Shown here: piece after piece, positions 29,295-38,759 of the stretch
Position numbering within the stretch: position 1 is the stretch's first letter
Layout: the number at the start of each line of letters is the position of its first letter
Source of the DNA: Candidatus Multivorans sp.
GTDB lineage: Bacteria; Acidobacteriota; Thermoanaerobaculia; Multivoradales; Multivoraceae
DNA length: 64,000 nucleotides
Direction of reading: 5' to 3'
Assembly (NCBI GenBank): GCA_965220845.1
Contig: CBDCRA010000005.1
Coordinates: forward strand, 294,290-358,289
The notes under the pieces: generated by a model
What the model was told of the DNA's origin: nothing
Seen by the model: the letters and a program-made list of their open reading frames with translations, nothing else
The model's database searches: none
Program-made: the position numbers and the translations under genes

Positions 29295-29320
29295 GGGACG
29301 GCGTGGCGGCAACTCCGGAA

Positions 29321-29365
29321 CTGGGTGCGCCGGCCTTCTGGCCGGCATCCGGCGCGGAGCGCCGG
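29321..29365 (+). repeat. REP-like palindrome plus CCGGCGC-GGA-GCGCCGG hairpin
   Basis: Shares its first unit with 8713-8738 and its second hairpin with 42349-42365. Confidence 0.8.
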
Positions 29366-29371
29366 TCTGGA

Positions 29372-30901
29372 ATGCGAGCAGGTCCTGCTTTCCTCGCGGC
29401 GGCTCTGCTCGCGGGCTGCGTCGACAACGGCGGCAGCCCGGCACCGGCCGCCGGTCAGGAACCGCCGCTGGGCGAGAGCCTGGTCGCCCGCGGTCAGGAA
29501 CACGAACTCGACACCGTCCGCGTGCCGACGCCGGGCGACTTCATCGAGCACGAAGCCGCCGGCTTCGCCAAGGTCCTGTGCTCGGCGGTCTTCCTGACCG
29601 GGCTCGACTTCGAGGACGCCTGGACGCAGATCGGCGGGTTCACGTCGCGCCACCAGTACCGGGACCGGCTGCCGGGACGCGTCCTCGACCGAGAGAAGGG
29701 GCAGGTCCACATCACGACGGACACGGGCGTGACGCGGACCGCGGTGCTGCACGGCGACCAGGGCTGCGTCACCCTGCCGAAGGGAGAGGACGCGCCGTTC
29801 TACGAGACGGTTCCGGTCACCAGCACGCTCGATGAGAGCGCACTCTGGCCGATGGGCGACCGGCTGCCGGACGAGCCCTTCCCGGACGACATCGACTCCG
29901 AGAAGCTGGCCGCAGCCGTTGAGGCCGCCTTCGACCCGGAGGCGATGACGCTCGCCTTCGTCGTGTTGCACCGCGGCCGGCTCATCGCCGAGCGCTACCG
30001 CGAGGGCATCGACAAGGACACGCCGCTCGAGAGCTGGTCGATGAACAAGAGCCTGTCGGCGACCCTGATGGGTGTGCTGATCGACCAGGGCGCCTACACC
30101 CTGGACCAGTTGGCGCCGGTCGATTCCTGGCAGGAGGACCCGGACGACGTCCGCGGCACGATCCGCATCCAGGACATCCTCCGTATGTCGAGCGGCCTGC
30201 GCTGCGTGAACGCCGGCGATCCGGAGTACGACGAGGCGGCGATGGGCTATCCGGACCACCTCTACCTCTACACCGGCACGGTGAACTCCCACCACTGGGC
30301 CACCGAACGGCCGCCGCAATGGCCGCCGAACACGATCGGCCGCTACCGGAACTGCGACCCGATCCTGACCAACCACCTGGTGCGGCTCGCGGTTGAGGGC
30401 CGCGGCGAGAACTACCACCAGTTCCCGCAGAAGCACCTCTTCGACCGGATCGGCGTCCGGCGCTTCGTGGCAGAGGCGGACCCCTACGGCAACTTCCTGC
30501 TGAACGGCTACGGCTTCGGCTCCGGCCGCACCTGGGCGCGTCTCGGTCAGCTCTACCTGGACGACGGCGTGTCGCCAACCGGCGAGCGGGTGCTGCCCGA
30601 GGGCTTCGTCGAGTTCGTCAGCACCCCGGCGCCGGCCTGGGTAGCCGACGGCCGGCCGATCTACGGCGGCTTCTTCTGGATCAACCAGCCGCCACGCGGC
30701 GGCCAGCGGCGTTATCCGTCGCTACCCGAGAGCGCGTTCAGCATGCAGGGCGCCGGCGGCCAGAGCACGATCATCGTGCCGTCGCACGAGATGGTGGTCG
30801 TCCGGCTCGGCCTCTACGAGGGGTCGTTCGGCGGCCATGCCGATGCGGCGTTGCAGAGGGCGCTGGCGCTGCTGGTGGAGGCAGTGCCGGAGACGCCTTA
30901 G
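29372..30901 (+). CDS. Serine hydrolase, beta-lactamase/AmpC-like lipoprotein
   Basis: LAGC lipobox, SMNK (SxxK), YRN and QGAGGQ. Alternative GTG start at 29303. Confidence 0.88.
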   Translation: MRAGPAFLAAALLAGCVDNGGSPAPAAGQEPPLGESLVARGQEHELDTVRVPTPGDFIEHEAAGFAKVLCSAVFLTGLDFEDAWTQIGGFTSRHQYRDRLPGRVLDREKGQVHITTDTGVTRTAVLHGDQGCVTLPKGEDAPFYETVPVTSTLDESALWPMGDRLPDEPFPDDIDSEKLAAAVEAAFDPEAMTLAFVVLHRGRLIAERYREGIDKDTPLESWSMNKSLSATLMGVLIDQGAYTLDQLAPVDSWQEDPDDVRGTIRIQDILRMSSGLRCVNAGDPEYDEAAMGYPDHLYLYTGTVNSHHWATERPPQWPPNTIGRYRNCDPILTNHLVRLAVEGRGENYHQFPQKHLFDRIGVRRFVAEADPYGNFLLNGYGFGSGRTWARLGQLYLDDGVSPTGERVLPEGFVEFVSTPAPAWVADGRPIYGGFFWINQPPRGGQRRYPSLPESAFSMQGAGGQSTIIVPSHEMVVVRLGLYEGSFGGHADAALQRALALLVEAVPETP

Positions 30902-30912
30902 GCCGCCCGTTC

Positions 30913-31350
30913 TCAGGGCGCCAAGGCCTTGGGGAGCCGCTGCATGGCCGCGTCGAAGGTGTAGACACCGTTCAACGGCTCGCCGTCGTTCGCCGCGGTC
31001 CGGAGTGCCTTGAACACGATCAGCGCGTCGGCGAATCCTGCGTGCCCGCTGCTCGCCCCCGCCTCGTCCGCCTTCCCCTCGTCGCGGTAGGCATGGAGAG
31101 CGCGCCACACGACCTGGTCGTCCTCGAAGCGGACGCCCGGTTCACTGAACAGCCGTTCGACTACCGCCACGAGTTGAGCCTTCGCTAGTCCGTACTTCTT
31201 TCCGGCGAGCGTCCAGATCGTCTCCACCAGGACGACGTCGGTCACCAGGACCGCCTCACCGGCTGCGAAGATCCGGTCCGCGCGGGCCGCCTGGACCTCG
31301 TCGTCTCGTAGCAGGTAGCGGAGCAGGACGCTCGTGTCGACTGCGATCAA
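30913..31350 (-). CDS. vapC: VapC PIN-domain toxin
   Basis: IAVDTSVLLRYL, VLVETIW, FADALI and TFD; TTG start overlaps the antitoxin stop. Confidence 0.9.
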   Translation of the reverse strand: MIAVDTSVLLRYLLRDDEVQAARADRIFAAGEAVLVTDVVLVETIWTLAGKKYGLAKAQLVAVVERLFSEPGVRFEDDQVVWRALHAYRDEGKADEAGASSGHAGFADALIVFKALRTAANDGEPLNGVYTFDAAMQRLPKALAP

Positions 31351-31574
31351 GGCCTCGACGCGTCGAGCGCGCTGCCGAGCGACTCGTCGTCGCTCATCGC
31401 CTGGTCGCCGGCGACGTGCCTGAGAAAGCCCCTGGCCGCGCCGGGCTCCTTTCGCACGATGGTGATGCGGCCATCGGCAACGAAGCAGCGGTACTCGTCG
31501 CCGGGTTCGATTCCGGCCTCCCGGCACTGAGCGATGGGGAGCGTGATCTGGCGCTTGGCGCTGACTCGCGGCAT
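31347..31574 (-). CDS. AbrB/MazE-type antitoxin
   Basis: RVSAKRQITLP...GIEPGD swapped-hairpin signature upstream of vapC. Confidence 0.88.
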   Translation of the reverse strand: MPRVSAKRQITLPIAQCREAGIEPGDEYRCFVADGRITIVRKEPGAARGFLRHVAGDQAMSDDESLGSALDASRP

Positions 31575-31798
31575 GGTGTCTCCTTATCCTGCTGGCCGGT
31601 CCGAGCCAACGCTAGCTCGGCCTTTGCTCGAAGTCAACGGGTAAAGAAGTGTAGTCCAGCGACGCCGTCTAACGAGGCCTCTGTTCTCGTGTACGTCCCC
31701 GCGCTCAACCATGGCGAGGCGAGTTAGGGCTCGACGATTGGCGAGGCTTCTGAACTCGCCTCCCAGCCATTAGGATCCCCGGGTCCAGAGGAGAGGCT

Positions 31799-32011
31799 AT
31801 GGTGCATCATCGGTGGCACCCAATCGTCGACTACGAGAGCGATCCAGGAGAGCTCGCGGATGCCGAGCTGGCGGCTCTGTCGGCCGTCTGGAAGGAGCAG
31901 AAGTCGAGGCTCGAGGGTCTGGACCAGTTCACCGAACGGCTGAAGCGCGAATGGGCGGTCGAGACGGGGCTGATCGAGCGCGGACTGGCCTTGTGGGAGT
32001 CGACCCTTTGA
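31799..32011 (+). pseudogene. Truncated N-terminus of a probable Fic-family protein
   Basis: RWHPIVD...LSAVWKEQK...FTERLKREWAVETGLIE resembles Fic N-termini from recall; stops at 70 aa with no HPFxxGNGR motif. Confidence 0.6.
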
Positions 32012-32586
32012 GCGAAACAAACGGGACGGTCCGAGCCCCCAGATCGCGAAGGTTGTTGCGGCCATGCGGCCGATCGGTTCCGCCGAGCCTCTCGTCTCCG
32101 AACGGGAACTCGTTGTGGTAGCGGCGGCGCTGGTGAACGGCGACGGGACTTCGGCTGCAGCACAGGCCAAGCCGACTGTCACACGAGCGTTCCGGGACAG
32201 GATCCTGGCCGGCGGCGACTCGCTCGGAGAGGGCCTTCTGAGGAATCCGGACGCCGCAGGAACGGCGCAGCGAGGGACCGACCTACACGCCACCGGCGAT
32301 CGTCGACCACATGCTCAGGTGGGCCGCGACGCACAAGACGCCATCGCGCGGCAGGTCGACGACTCGGCGCAGGTGCTCCGCGGAGGACAAGTCCGGCGTC
32401 CCGCGTCGGCCGAGCTCCTCGCGGTGCACTAGACGCCTCACCCCGATCTCGAGCCGGGCTGCTCGCCACTGAGTGTAGGCTCAGCAGCGTCCAGACCGCC
32501 CGTCACCTTGGTGGCGGTGACGTTGAGGCCGTCCCGGTCTCCTGCTCGTCCAAGCCACACACGCGAAGCTCCGTACAGCACTACGA

Positions 32587-33402
32587 ATGTCTGACTTGGC
32601 CTACATGGAGCGGAATCGTCTGGAGCGCTACTTGGGCATGGAGAGCGGCCACGTCTTGGACTTCACGCATCGGACGCTGAGTGAGTTTGTCGAGGAGAGC
32701 GTGGGTCTCGACATCCATGACAGCAAGTACGACTACGACAGCGGTTCCAAGGCGAATCGACTTCGTGCGTTCTGGAGGAGAGAGCCGAATCATGTCGTAG
32801 GGAAGCTGGTTGCGGACATTCTCGACTACTGCCGCCCGTCCGATGACGAGCGTGAGTTGCACGACGACTGCCGGCGGATTGCAGAGAGGCTTCAGGCAGC
32901 TCCTCCGGTCCTCGATCTGAGCGCGCTTACGCCCACCAGCGGAGGCCGCGACTTCGATGTGCTGGCGAAAAGCGTTCGGGAGTCCATAGAGAAGAACGAA
33001 CCGGAAGCTGGTCTCGATCGGCTGCACACCTTCGTGGTCAAGTACATCCGGGTTCTTTGCGAAAAGCGATCGATCGGCACGGACAGATCCAAACCGCTGC
33101 ACGGTCTCTTCGGGCAGTACGTGAAGACGCTGCGTCAGGAGGGCCTGATCGAATCCCAGATGGCAGAGAGGATTCTGAAGTCCTCTATATCCACTCTTGA
33201 GGCCTTCAACAAGGTGCGAAACGAGCGCAGCTTGGCGCACGACAATCCGGTCCTGAGCCATGGCGAGAGCGTGCTCATCCTCAACCACGTGGCGAGCACG
33301 ATCCGGTTCATTGCGGACCTGGAAGTAGCCGAGCCAGCCGCTCGCGAATCCGGTGGGGAGGCTGGGAGCTTCCTCGCCTTGGATGACGAACTTCCCTTCT
33401 AG
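32587..33402 (+). CDS. Abortive infection family protein (AbiJ-like N-terminus plus Abi_C HEPN-like domain)
   Basis: MESGHVLDF...SKANRLRAFW, GLDRLHTF and FNKVRNERSLAHDN (R...H). Confidence 0.8.
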   Translation: MSDLAYMERNRLERYLGMESGHVLDFTHRTLSEFVEESVGLDIHDSKYDYDSGSKANRLRAFWRREPNHVVGKLVADILDYCRPSDDERELHDDCRRIAERLQAAPPVLDLSALTPTSGGRDFDVLAKSVRESIEKNEPEAGLDRLHTFVVKYIRVLCEKRSIGTDRSKPLHGLFGQYVKTLRQEGLIESQMAERILKSSISTLEAFNKVRNERSLAHDNPVLSHGESVLILNHVASTIRFIADLEVAEPAARESGGEAGSFLALDDELPF

Positions 33403-33414
33403 GAAGAGAGTGAG

Positions 33415-34956
33415 ATGCCGACCCTGACGTGGCTTGGGCGAGACGAGGTCATACGGGAAGCGGAGCGTGTCCCCTATCGCCTGCTTGAGGAGGCGCCGGA
33501 ACTCTCGGCTGGTGACCGCGACAGCGGCAATCTGTTGATTCAGGGCGACAACCTGGAGGCGCTCAAGGCGCTGCTGCCTTTCTACGCCGGCCGAGTCAAG
33601 TGCATCTACATCGATCCGCCCTACAACACCCGCTCGGCGTTCGAACACTACGACGACAACCTGGAGCACAGCCAGTGGCTGGCGATGATGTGGCCGCGGC
33701 TTGAGCTCCTGCGGGACCTGTTGGCTGAAGACGGGTCGATCTGGGTGTCGATCGACGACAACGAGGCACACTATCTGAAGGTCGTCATGGACGAGGTGTT
33801 CGGGCGGTCGACGTTCATCGACACAGTCGTTTGGCGGAAGAACTACTCGCCGAAGTCCAGTGCCCGGCACTTTTCGTCCGACCACGACTACATCGTTGTG
33901 TTCTCTCGCGATCCGGACTCCTTCAAGCCGAATCTCATGCCCCGAACGGAGAAGCAGGACAGAGCCTACCGAAACCCAGACGATGATCCGCGGGGTCCGT
34001 GGAAGACCAGCGATTTGTCAGCCAGGAACTACTACGGACTCGGTAGGTACCGGATCCGCACTCCGAGTGGTCGCGAGATTGGCGGCCCGCCGGGAGGTAA
34101 CTATTGGCGCGTTTCGGAAGACCGGTTTTGGGCGCTAGACGCGGACGACAGAATTTGGTGGGGCAAGAAAGGCGATGCCATTCCGCAGATTAAGAGGTTC
34201 CTTTCGGAAGTGAAACAGGGTGTGACACCACAGACTATCTGGCCCTATGACGAGGTCGGCCATACACAGCAGGCGAAGAAGGAGATCTTGGCACTCTTCG
34301 GACAGGATGTCTTCCTGACACCCAAGCCCGAGCGCTTGATTGAGCGGGTTCTCCACATCGCCACCAAGCCCGGCGATCTCGTTCTCGACTCCTTCCTTGG
34401 CTCAGGCACGACCGCGGCGGTCGCGCACAAGATGGGGCGGCGTTGGCTAGGTATCGAGTTGGGAGAGCACGCCGTGACGCACTGTGCGCCACGGTTGAAG
34501 AAGGTCATCGATGGCGAGCAGGGCGGGATCTCGAAGAGTGTCGCCTGGGAAGGTGGCGGCGGCTTCCGCTTCTATCGTCTCGGCCCTCCCGCGTTCGACG
34601 CGCAGGGCCGAATCCGGCCCGACATCCCGTTCCCAGTGCTCGCGGCGCATGTTTGGTTCTCGGATACCGGTCTCCCGTGGGGTGGCGGTGGTCAGTCGCC
34701 CTTCTTGGGCATTCACGACGGCGAAGGTTGGGCGCTGCTCTACAACGGAGTTCTGGGCGACCGACGGCCCGGCGGAGGCAATGTGCTGACCCGAGCCACC
34801 TTGGCGCTCATCAGGGAGGAGGTCGGTCGAGCTTCGCCGGGATTTGACGGACCTCTTACTGTCTACGGAGAGAGGAATCGACTGTCGGCCCGGACCCTGG
34901 AGTGCGAGCGAATCGTGTTCAAACAGACCCCCTACGACCTGCAGGCGCGGCGATAG
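33415..34956 (+). CDS. mod: Type III R-M methyltransferase subunit (beta class)
   Basis: LIQGDNL, IYIDPPYNT, TPKPE and DSFLGSGTT. Confidence 0.92.
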   Translation: MPTLTWLGRDEVIREAERVPYRLLEEAPELSAGDRDSGNLLIQGDNLEALKALLPFYAGRVKCIYIDPPYNTRSAFEHYDDNLEHSQWLAMMWPRLELLRDLLAEDGSIWVSIDDNEAHYLKVVMDEVFGRSTFIDTVVWRKNYSPKSSARHFSSDHDYIVVFSRDPDSFKPNLMPRTEKQDRAYRNPDDDPRGPWKTSDLSARNYYGLGRYRIRTPSGREIGGPPGGNYWRVSEDRFWALDADDRIWWGKKGDAIPQIKRFLSEVKQGVTPQTIWPYDEVGHTQQAKKEILALFGQDVFLTPKPERLIERVLHIATKPGDLVLDSFLGSGTTAAVAHKMGRRWLGIELGEHAVTHCAPRLKKVIDGEQGGISKSVAWEGGGGFRFYRLGPPAFDAQGRIRPDIPFPVLAAHVWFSDTGLPWGGGGQSPFLGIHDGEGWALLYNGVLGDRRPGGGNVLTRATLALIREEVGRASPGFDGPLTVYGERNRLSARTLECERIVFKQTPYDLQARR

Positions 34957-34979
34957 GCCCAGGACCACCGCGCAATGCC

Positions 34980-37610
34980 GTGAAGCTCAAGCGGTATCAG
35001 ACCGAAACCCGTGCCGTCCTTCGTCGCTTCCTTGAGGAGGCGCGCGTAGCAGGCCCCGCCGCGGCGTATGAGGAGGTTGTTCGCGAGCCGGAACAGGCCG
35101 CCCGGCTTGCCGGCTATCTCGGCGCGTACCGGCCTCTGGCGGGGTTGCCGGACGTGCCGTACGCCTGCCTGAGGCTGCCAACAGGCGGCGGCAAGACGAT
35201 CCTTGCATCTCACGCGGTGGCTGTCGCGCGAGATGCCTGGATCGAGAAGGACTGGCCAATGACCCTCTGGCTGGTCCCGACGAACACGATACGGCGACAG
35301 ACGGCTGAGGCGCTGAAGGACCCACGGCACCCCTACCGGAAGGTGCTGGACGACGCCTTCGACGGTCGTGTCCGCGTTTTCGACATCGCTGACTTCACCC
35401 ACATCCGCCCCCGCGACATCGGCGCCAACTGCTGCATCGTCGTCGGGACCATCCAGACGCTGCGCGTCAGGAGCACTCAGGGCCGCAAGGTGTACGCCCA
35501 CAACGAGAACTTGGAGCCGCACTTCAGTCGGGTTGCGGGAACGCCTGCGGGCCTCGAAACCTCGCCTGACGGTACTCTTAAGTTCTCCTTCGCCAACCTG
35601 ATGCACGTGCACCGGCCACTGATGGTCGTGGACGAGGCCCACAACGCGGTGACGGGACTAACCAGGGAGATGCAGGCGCGGGTGAACCCCAGCGCGATCG
35701 TCGAGTTCACGGCGACGCCTCACAAGAGATCGAACATCCTGCACAGCGTGACCGCAGGCGAACTGAAGGCCGAGGAGATGATCAAGCTGCCGGTCATGCT
35801 CGCGGAGCATGACTCCTGGCAGAACGCGGTGAACGGAGCAGTTCAGATGCGGGCGTCGCTGGCCGAGAAGGCGCAGGACGATGCTGAGTTCATCCGACCC
35901 ATCGCCCTGTTCCAGGCGCAGCCGAGGAACCAGGACGTGACGGTGGCGGTACTGAAGCAGCACTTGATCGGCGTCGAACGGGTGCCGGAACGGAAAATCG
36001 CGGTGGCCACCGGGAATCAGCGGGAGCTGGACGGAATCGACCTGTTCGACCCCGCCTGCCAGATCGAGCACGTGATCACGGTCGAGGCACTCAAGGAAGG
36101 CTGGGACTGTTCCTTCGCCTACGCGTTCTGTTCGGTCTGCCGCATCCGAAGCGCGAAGGACGTCGAGCAGCTTCTGGGGCGGGTCTTGCGGATGCCCTAT
36201 GCGCGAAGCCGTTCAGCGGACTCGCTCAACCGGGCCTACGCCTTCTTCTCGGAACCGGTGGCCGGGGAGGCCGCGCGGGGGCTGGTCGACAAACTCGTGG
36301 CCATGGGCTTCGACGAAGAAGAAGCAAGGGACAGTATTGAACCCGTACAACGGGAGTTCGATACGGCTCCCGGTCAGCTCCCGCTGTCGTCATCGGCGCC
36401 GACCTTCAATCACATCGTCGCGGTCTCCGACGAGGAACTTTCCGGACTGATGGGTGCGCGCAACGGGTTCTCGGTCCATCAGGCGACACCGGGGAAGGCC
36501 GAGATTGAGATCAACGGCGCTCTCAGCTTCGAGGTGCAGGAGCGGGTTCTTGCGGCCGCGCCAAGAGCCGAACGACCGGCACTCGCTCGCGCAATCGAAG
36601 AGCACCGGTTGCGATTCCAGGACATCTTGTCACCAGCTCAGCGAGGCGGGGTGCTGGCGGTCCCGCGCCTGATGTCCGTTGTGCAAGGCAGCCTCGAGTT
36701 CGCCGACACGGAGCGGTTCCTGGAGGATCATGACTGGAGCCTCCTCGATCATTCGCCGAGGCTGGGTGAGAACGAGTTCGCCATCCGGGAGACCACCCGG
36801 AGCTTCGAGATCGACCTCGACGGAGAACGGCTGACGTACCGCTTCGCGTCCGAGGCCGAGCAGTTGGCCCTGAACGTCCAGGTCGAGGGCTGGACCACTG
36901 AGGCGCTGGTGCTGTGGCTGGACCGGCAAGTTCGTCAGAAGGACATCGGCCAAGGCGAGTTGCTCCGGTGGTTGAGCGAGCTCGTGAACCACCTGACTGT
37001 CGTCCGCGAAGTACCCATCGCAGACCTGATGCGGTGCAAGTTCATCCTGGCGCGGAAAGTACGCAGGAAGATCGCGGCGATTCGTCTGGCCGAGCGGAAG
37101 AAAGTCCACCGGCGCTACCTGTTCGACCCTGGTGCCAAGGTCGAGGTCTCCTTCGAGCACTCATTCACGTTTCGGGACGGAATGTACGAGGCTCAACGGC
37201 TCTACCGCGGCCGGTGGAGACCCAATCGCCACTTCCTCGGCCCCGACCAGGTTCCCGCTTTCGACGGCGCGCCGGACGGAGAGGAGTTCCAGTGTGCTCA
37301 GGTCATCGACAATCAGCCGGGTGTCCGCTTCTGGGTCCGCAACGTGGCGAACCACCCGGGGTCGTTATGGTTGCCCACAGCGACGGGCAGGTTCTACCCT
37401 GACTTCGTGGCGCAACTGGAGGACGACCGGCTCTTGGTCGTCGAGTACAAGGGCGCTCACTTAGCGGAGGGCGCAGATACGGCTGAGAAGCGGGCCGTCG
37501 GCGAGCTTTGGGAGCGGTCGAGCGGCGGCAAGGGCTTGTTCCTTGTGGCCGAGAAGTCCGTCCAAGGAAAGGGTGTGGCGGCCCAGATTCGCGAGAGGAC
37601 GGGACCGTGA
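34980..37610 (+). CDS. res: Type III R-M restriction helicase-nuclease subunit
   Basis: PTGGGKT, DEAH, EGWD, QLLGRVLR and C-terminal YPDF...VEYKG nuclease motif. Confidence 0.92.
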   Translation: MKLKRYQTETRAVLRRFLEEARVAGPAAAYEEVVREPEQAARLAGYLGAYRPLAGLPDVPYACLRLPTGGGKTILASHAVAVARDAWIEKDWPMTLWLVPTNTIRRQTAEALKDPRHPYRKVLDDAFDGRVRVFDIADFTHIRPRDIGANCCIVVGTIQTLRVRSTQGRKVYAHNENLEPHFSRVAGTPAGLETSPDGTLKFSFANLMHVHRPLMVVDEAHNAVTGLTREMQARVNPSAIVEFTATPHKRSNILHSVTAGELKAEEMIKLPVMLAEHDSWQNAVNGAVQMRASLAEKAQDDAEFIRPIALFQAQPRNQDVTVAVLKQHLIGVERVPERKIAVATGNQRELDGIDLFDPACQIEHVITVEALKEGWDCSFAYAFCSVCRIRSAKDVEQLLGRVLRMPYARSRSADSLNRAYAFFSEPVAGEAARGLVDKLVAMGFDEEEARDSIEPVQREFDTAPGQLPLSSSAPTFNHIVAVSDEELSGLMGARNGFSVHQATPGKAEIEINGALSFEVQERVLAAAPRAERPALARAIEEHRLRFQDILSPAQRGGVLAVPRLMSVVQGSLEFADTERFLEDHDWSLLDHSPRLGENEFAIRETTRSFEIDLDGERLTYRFASEAEQLALNVQVEGWTTEALVLWLDRQVRQKDIGQGELLRWLSELVNHLTVVREVPIADLMRCKFILARKVRRKIAAIRLAERKKVHRRYLFDPGAKVEVSFEHSFTFRDGMYEAQRLYRGRWRPNRHFLGPDQVPAFDGAPDGEEFQCAQVIDNQPGVRFWVRNVANHPGSLWLPTATGRFYPDFVAQLEDDRLLVVEYKGAHLAEGADTAEKRAVGELWERSSGGKGLFLVAEKSVQGKGVAAQIRERTGP

Positions 37611-37838
37611 CAGAGTTCGAGAAGGTCGTGACCGGCCCTTGCCAGCACTCGCCGGCAGATCCCGACACTCCCCGAAGTCCCTTACACGTTTCCGCATCTG
37701 CACTGTGACGATTGCCTGCTGGAGATGTGAGCCTAGCCGGCTGTTGCAAACTCAACCCTTGCCACGGCCCGCCAAGGGCCAGACTCTCGTCGAGGAATGT
37801 GAGGTCCTGCTGGAGCCAGAGTTATCGAACGAGCTCGC

Positions 37839-38630
37839 CTACTCTCGATGCCTCTCCGATTTCGTGGGTCCTTCGCCGAGCACCGCCACGATCCGGTTAC
37901 GGAGTTTCTCGCGCAGATCAGCGGCGTTCCTCCAAACGACATGGGAGAACTGCCGGGTATCGAAATGCAGATGATCGACCATATCGAAGCGGCAAGTGTA
38001 GAAGACTGGAATCCGCATGCCTCGTGCGAAACCTGCTTCATAGTAGACCCCACCTCGCACCCCACTGCAGCCGTGCGTGAAGTCCGCCACCAAGAACCTG
38101 GACCTACGGATCTCGGCGATGATCTCGTCGTCGATCTTGTTGATGTGTTCAACGCGGTCAATCCTCACAGGAAGAAACCCTGCCTCTCGAACAGCAGGTT
38201 CGAGGCCTTCATTGAAGACCTCGTCCATACTCTCGTGAAACCACATCGCTATGAACGCTTGGGACGTGTCGGTGTTGACCGCACGGTCGTCAACGTGTCT
38301 GAAGCCTGTGACGGTGACCGAGCAAGAGAAGGGTCGATAGAATCCCTCGGCCTCGATCCACTCCTTCCGTGCGAGGTGCCGTAGCAGGAACCAGAGCTCC
38401 TTTTCGGATTCAATGCCGACATGGCTTAGAGCAGCGTCGATTGTGGGCGAGGGATCGGGCATCCACTGCCCAGAGCTGGCCTCGTGACCTTCTCTGCCGA
38501 TCGCGATCTTGTCCCCTGCGTAGATCGATTTTTGAACGAGATACTCCAGCAGCCTCTCGGCCTTCTCATAGGCTGGTATGACATCCGCTCGGCGTCCAGT
38601 CTCCAACCGTGGTTGTAGCGCGTTCACCAT
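37839..38630 (-). CDS. Protein with C-terminal nucleoside 2-deoxyribosyltransferase/TIR-like domain, defence candidate
   Basis: AFIAMWF...RIDRVEHINKIDDEIIAEIRRSRFLVADFT...GVYYEAGFA...LHFDTRQ. Confidence 0.7.
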   Translation of the reverse strand: MVNALQPRLETGRRADVIPAYEKAERLLEYLVQKSIYAGDKIAIGREGHEASSGQWMPDPSPTIDAALSHVGIESEKELWFLLRHLARKEWIEAEGFYRPFSCSVTVTGFRHVDDRAVNTDTSQAFIAMWFHESMDEVFNEGLEPAVREAGFLPVRIDRVEHINKIDDEIIAEIRRSRFLVADFTHGCSGVRGGVYYEAGFARGMRIPVFYTCRFDMVDHLHFDTRQFSHVVWRNAADLREKLRNRIVAVLGEGPTKSERHRE

Positions 38631-38759
38631 TCTCGTCTAGGGGCAACGTAAAGGGTTCAGTCGGGTACAAAGCCGAGCGAAGCGAGAGTCTATCTGACTC
38701 CGCTGAGGGTTGTAGCGGTGATTGGAGCCTTGGAAGGCGTCTTTACTCCCTCGGCGGTG

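Noticed and set aside
32012-32580. Short ORFs between the Fic remnant and the Abi gene
   Set aside because: No frame gives a recognisable protein; probably degraded DNA.
37739-37753. GGCTGTTGCAAACTC, resembling an IS terminal repeat
   Set aside because: No partner repeat or transposase was found and the match is too short.
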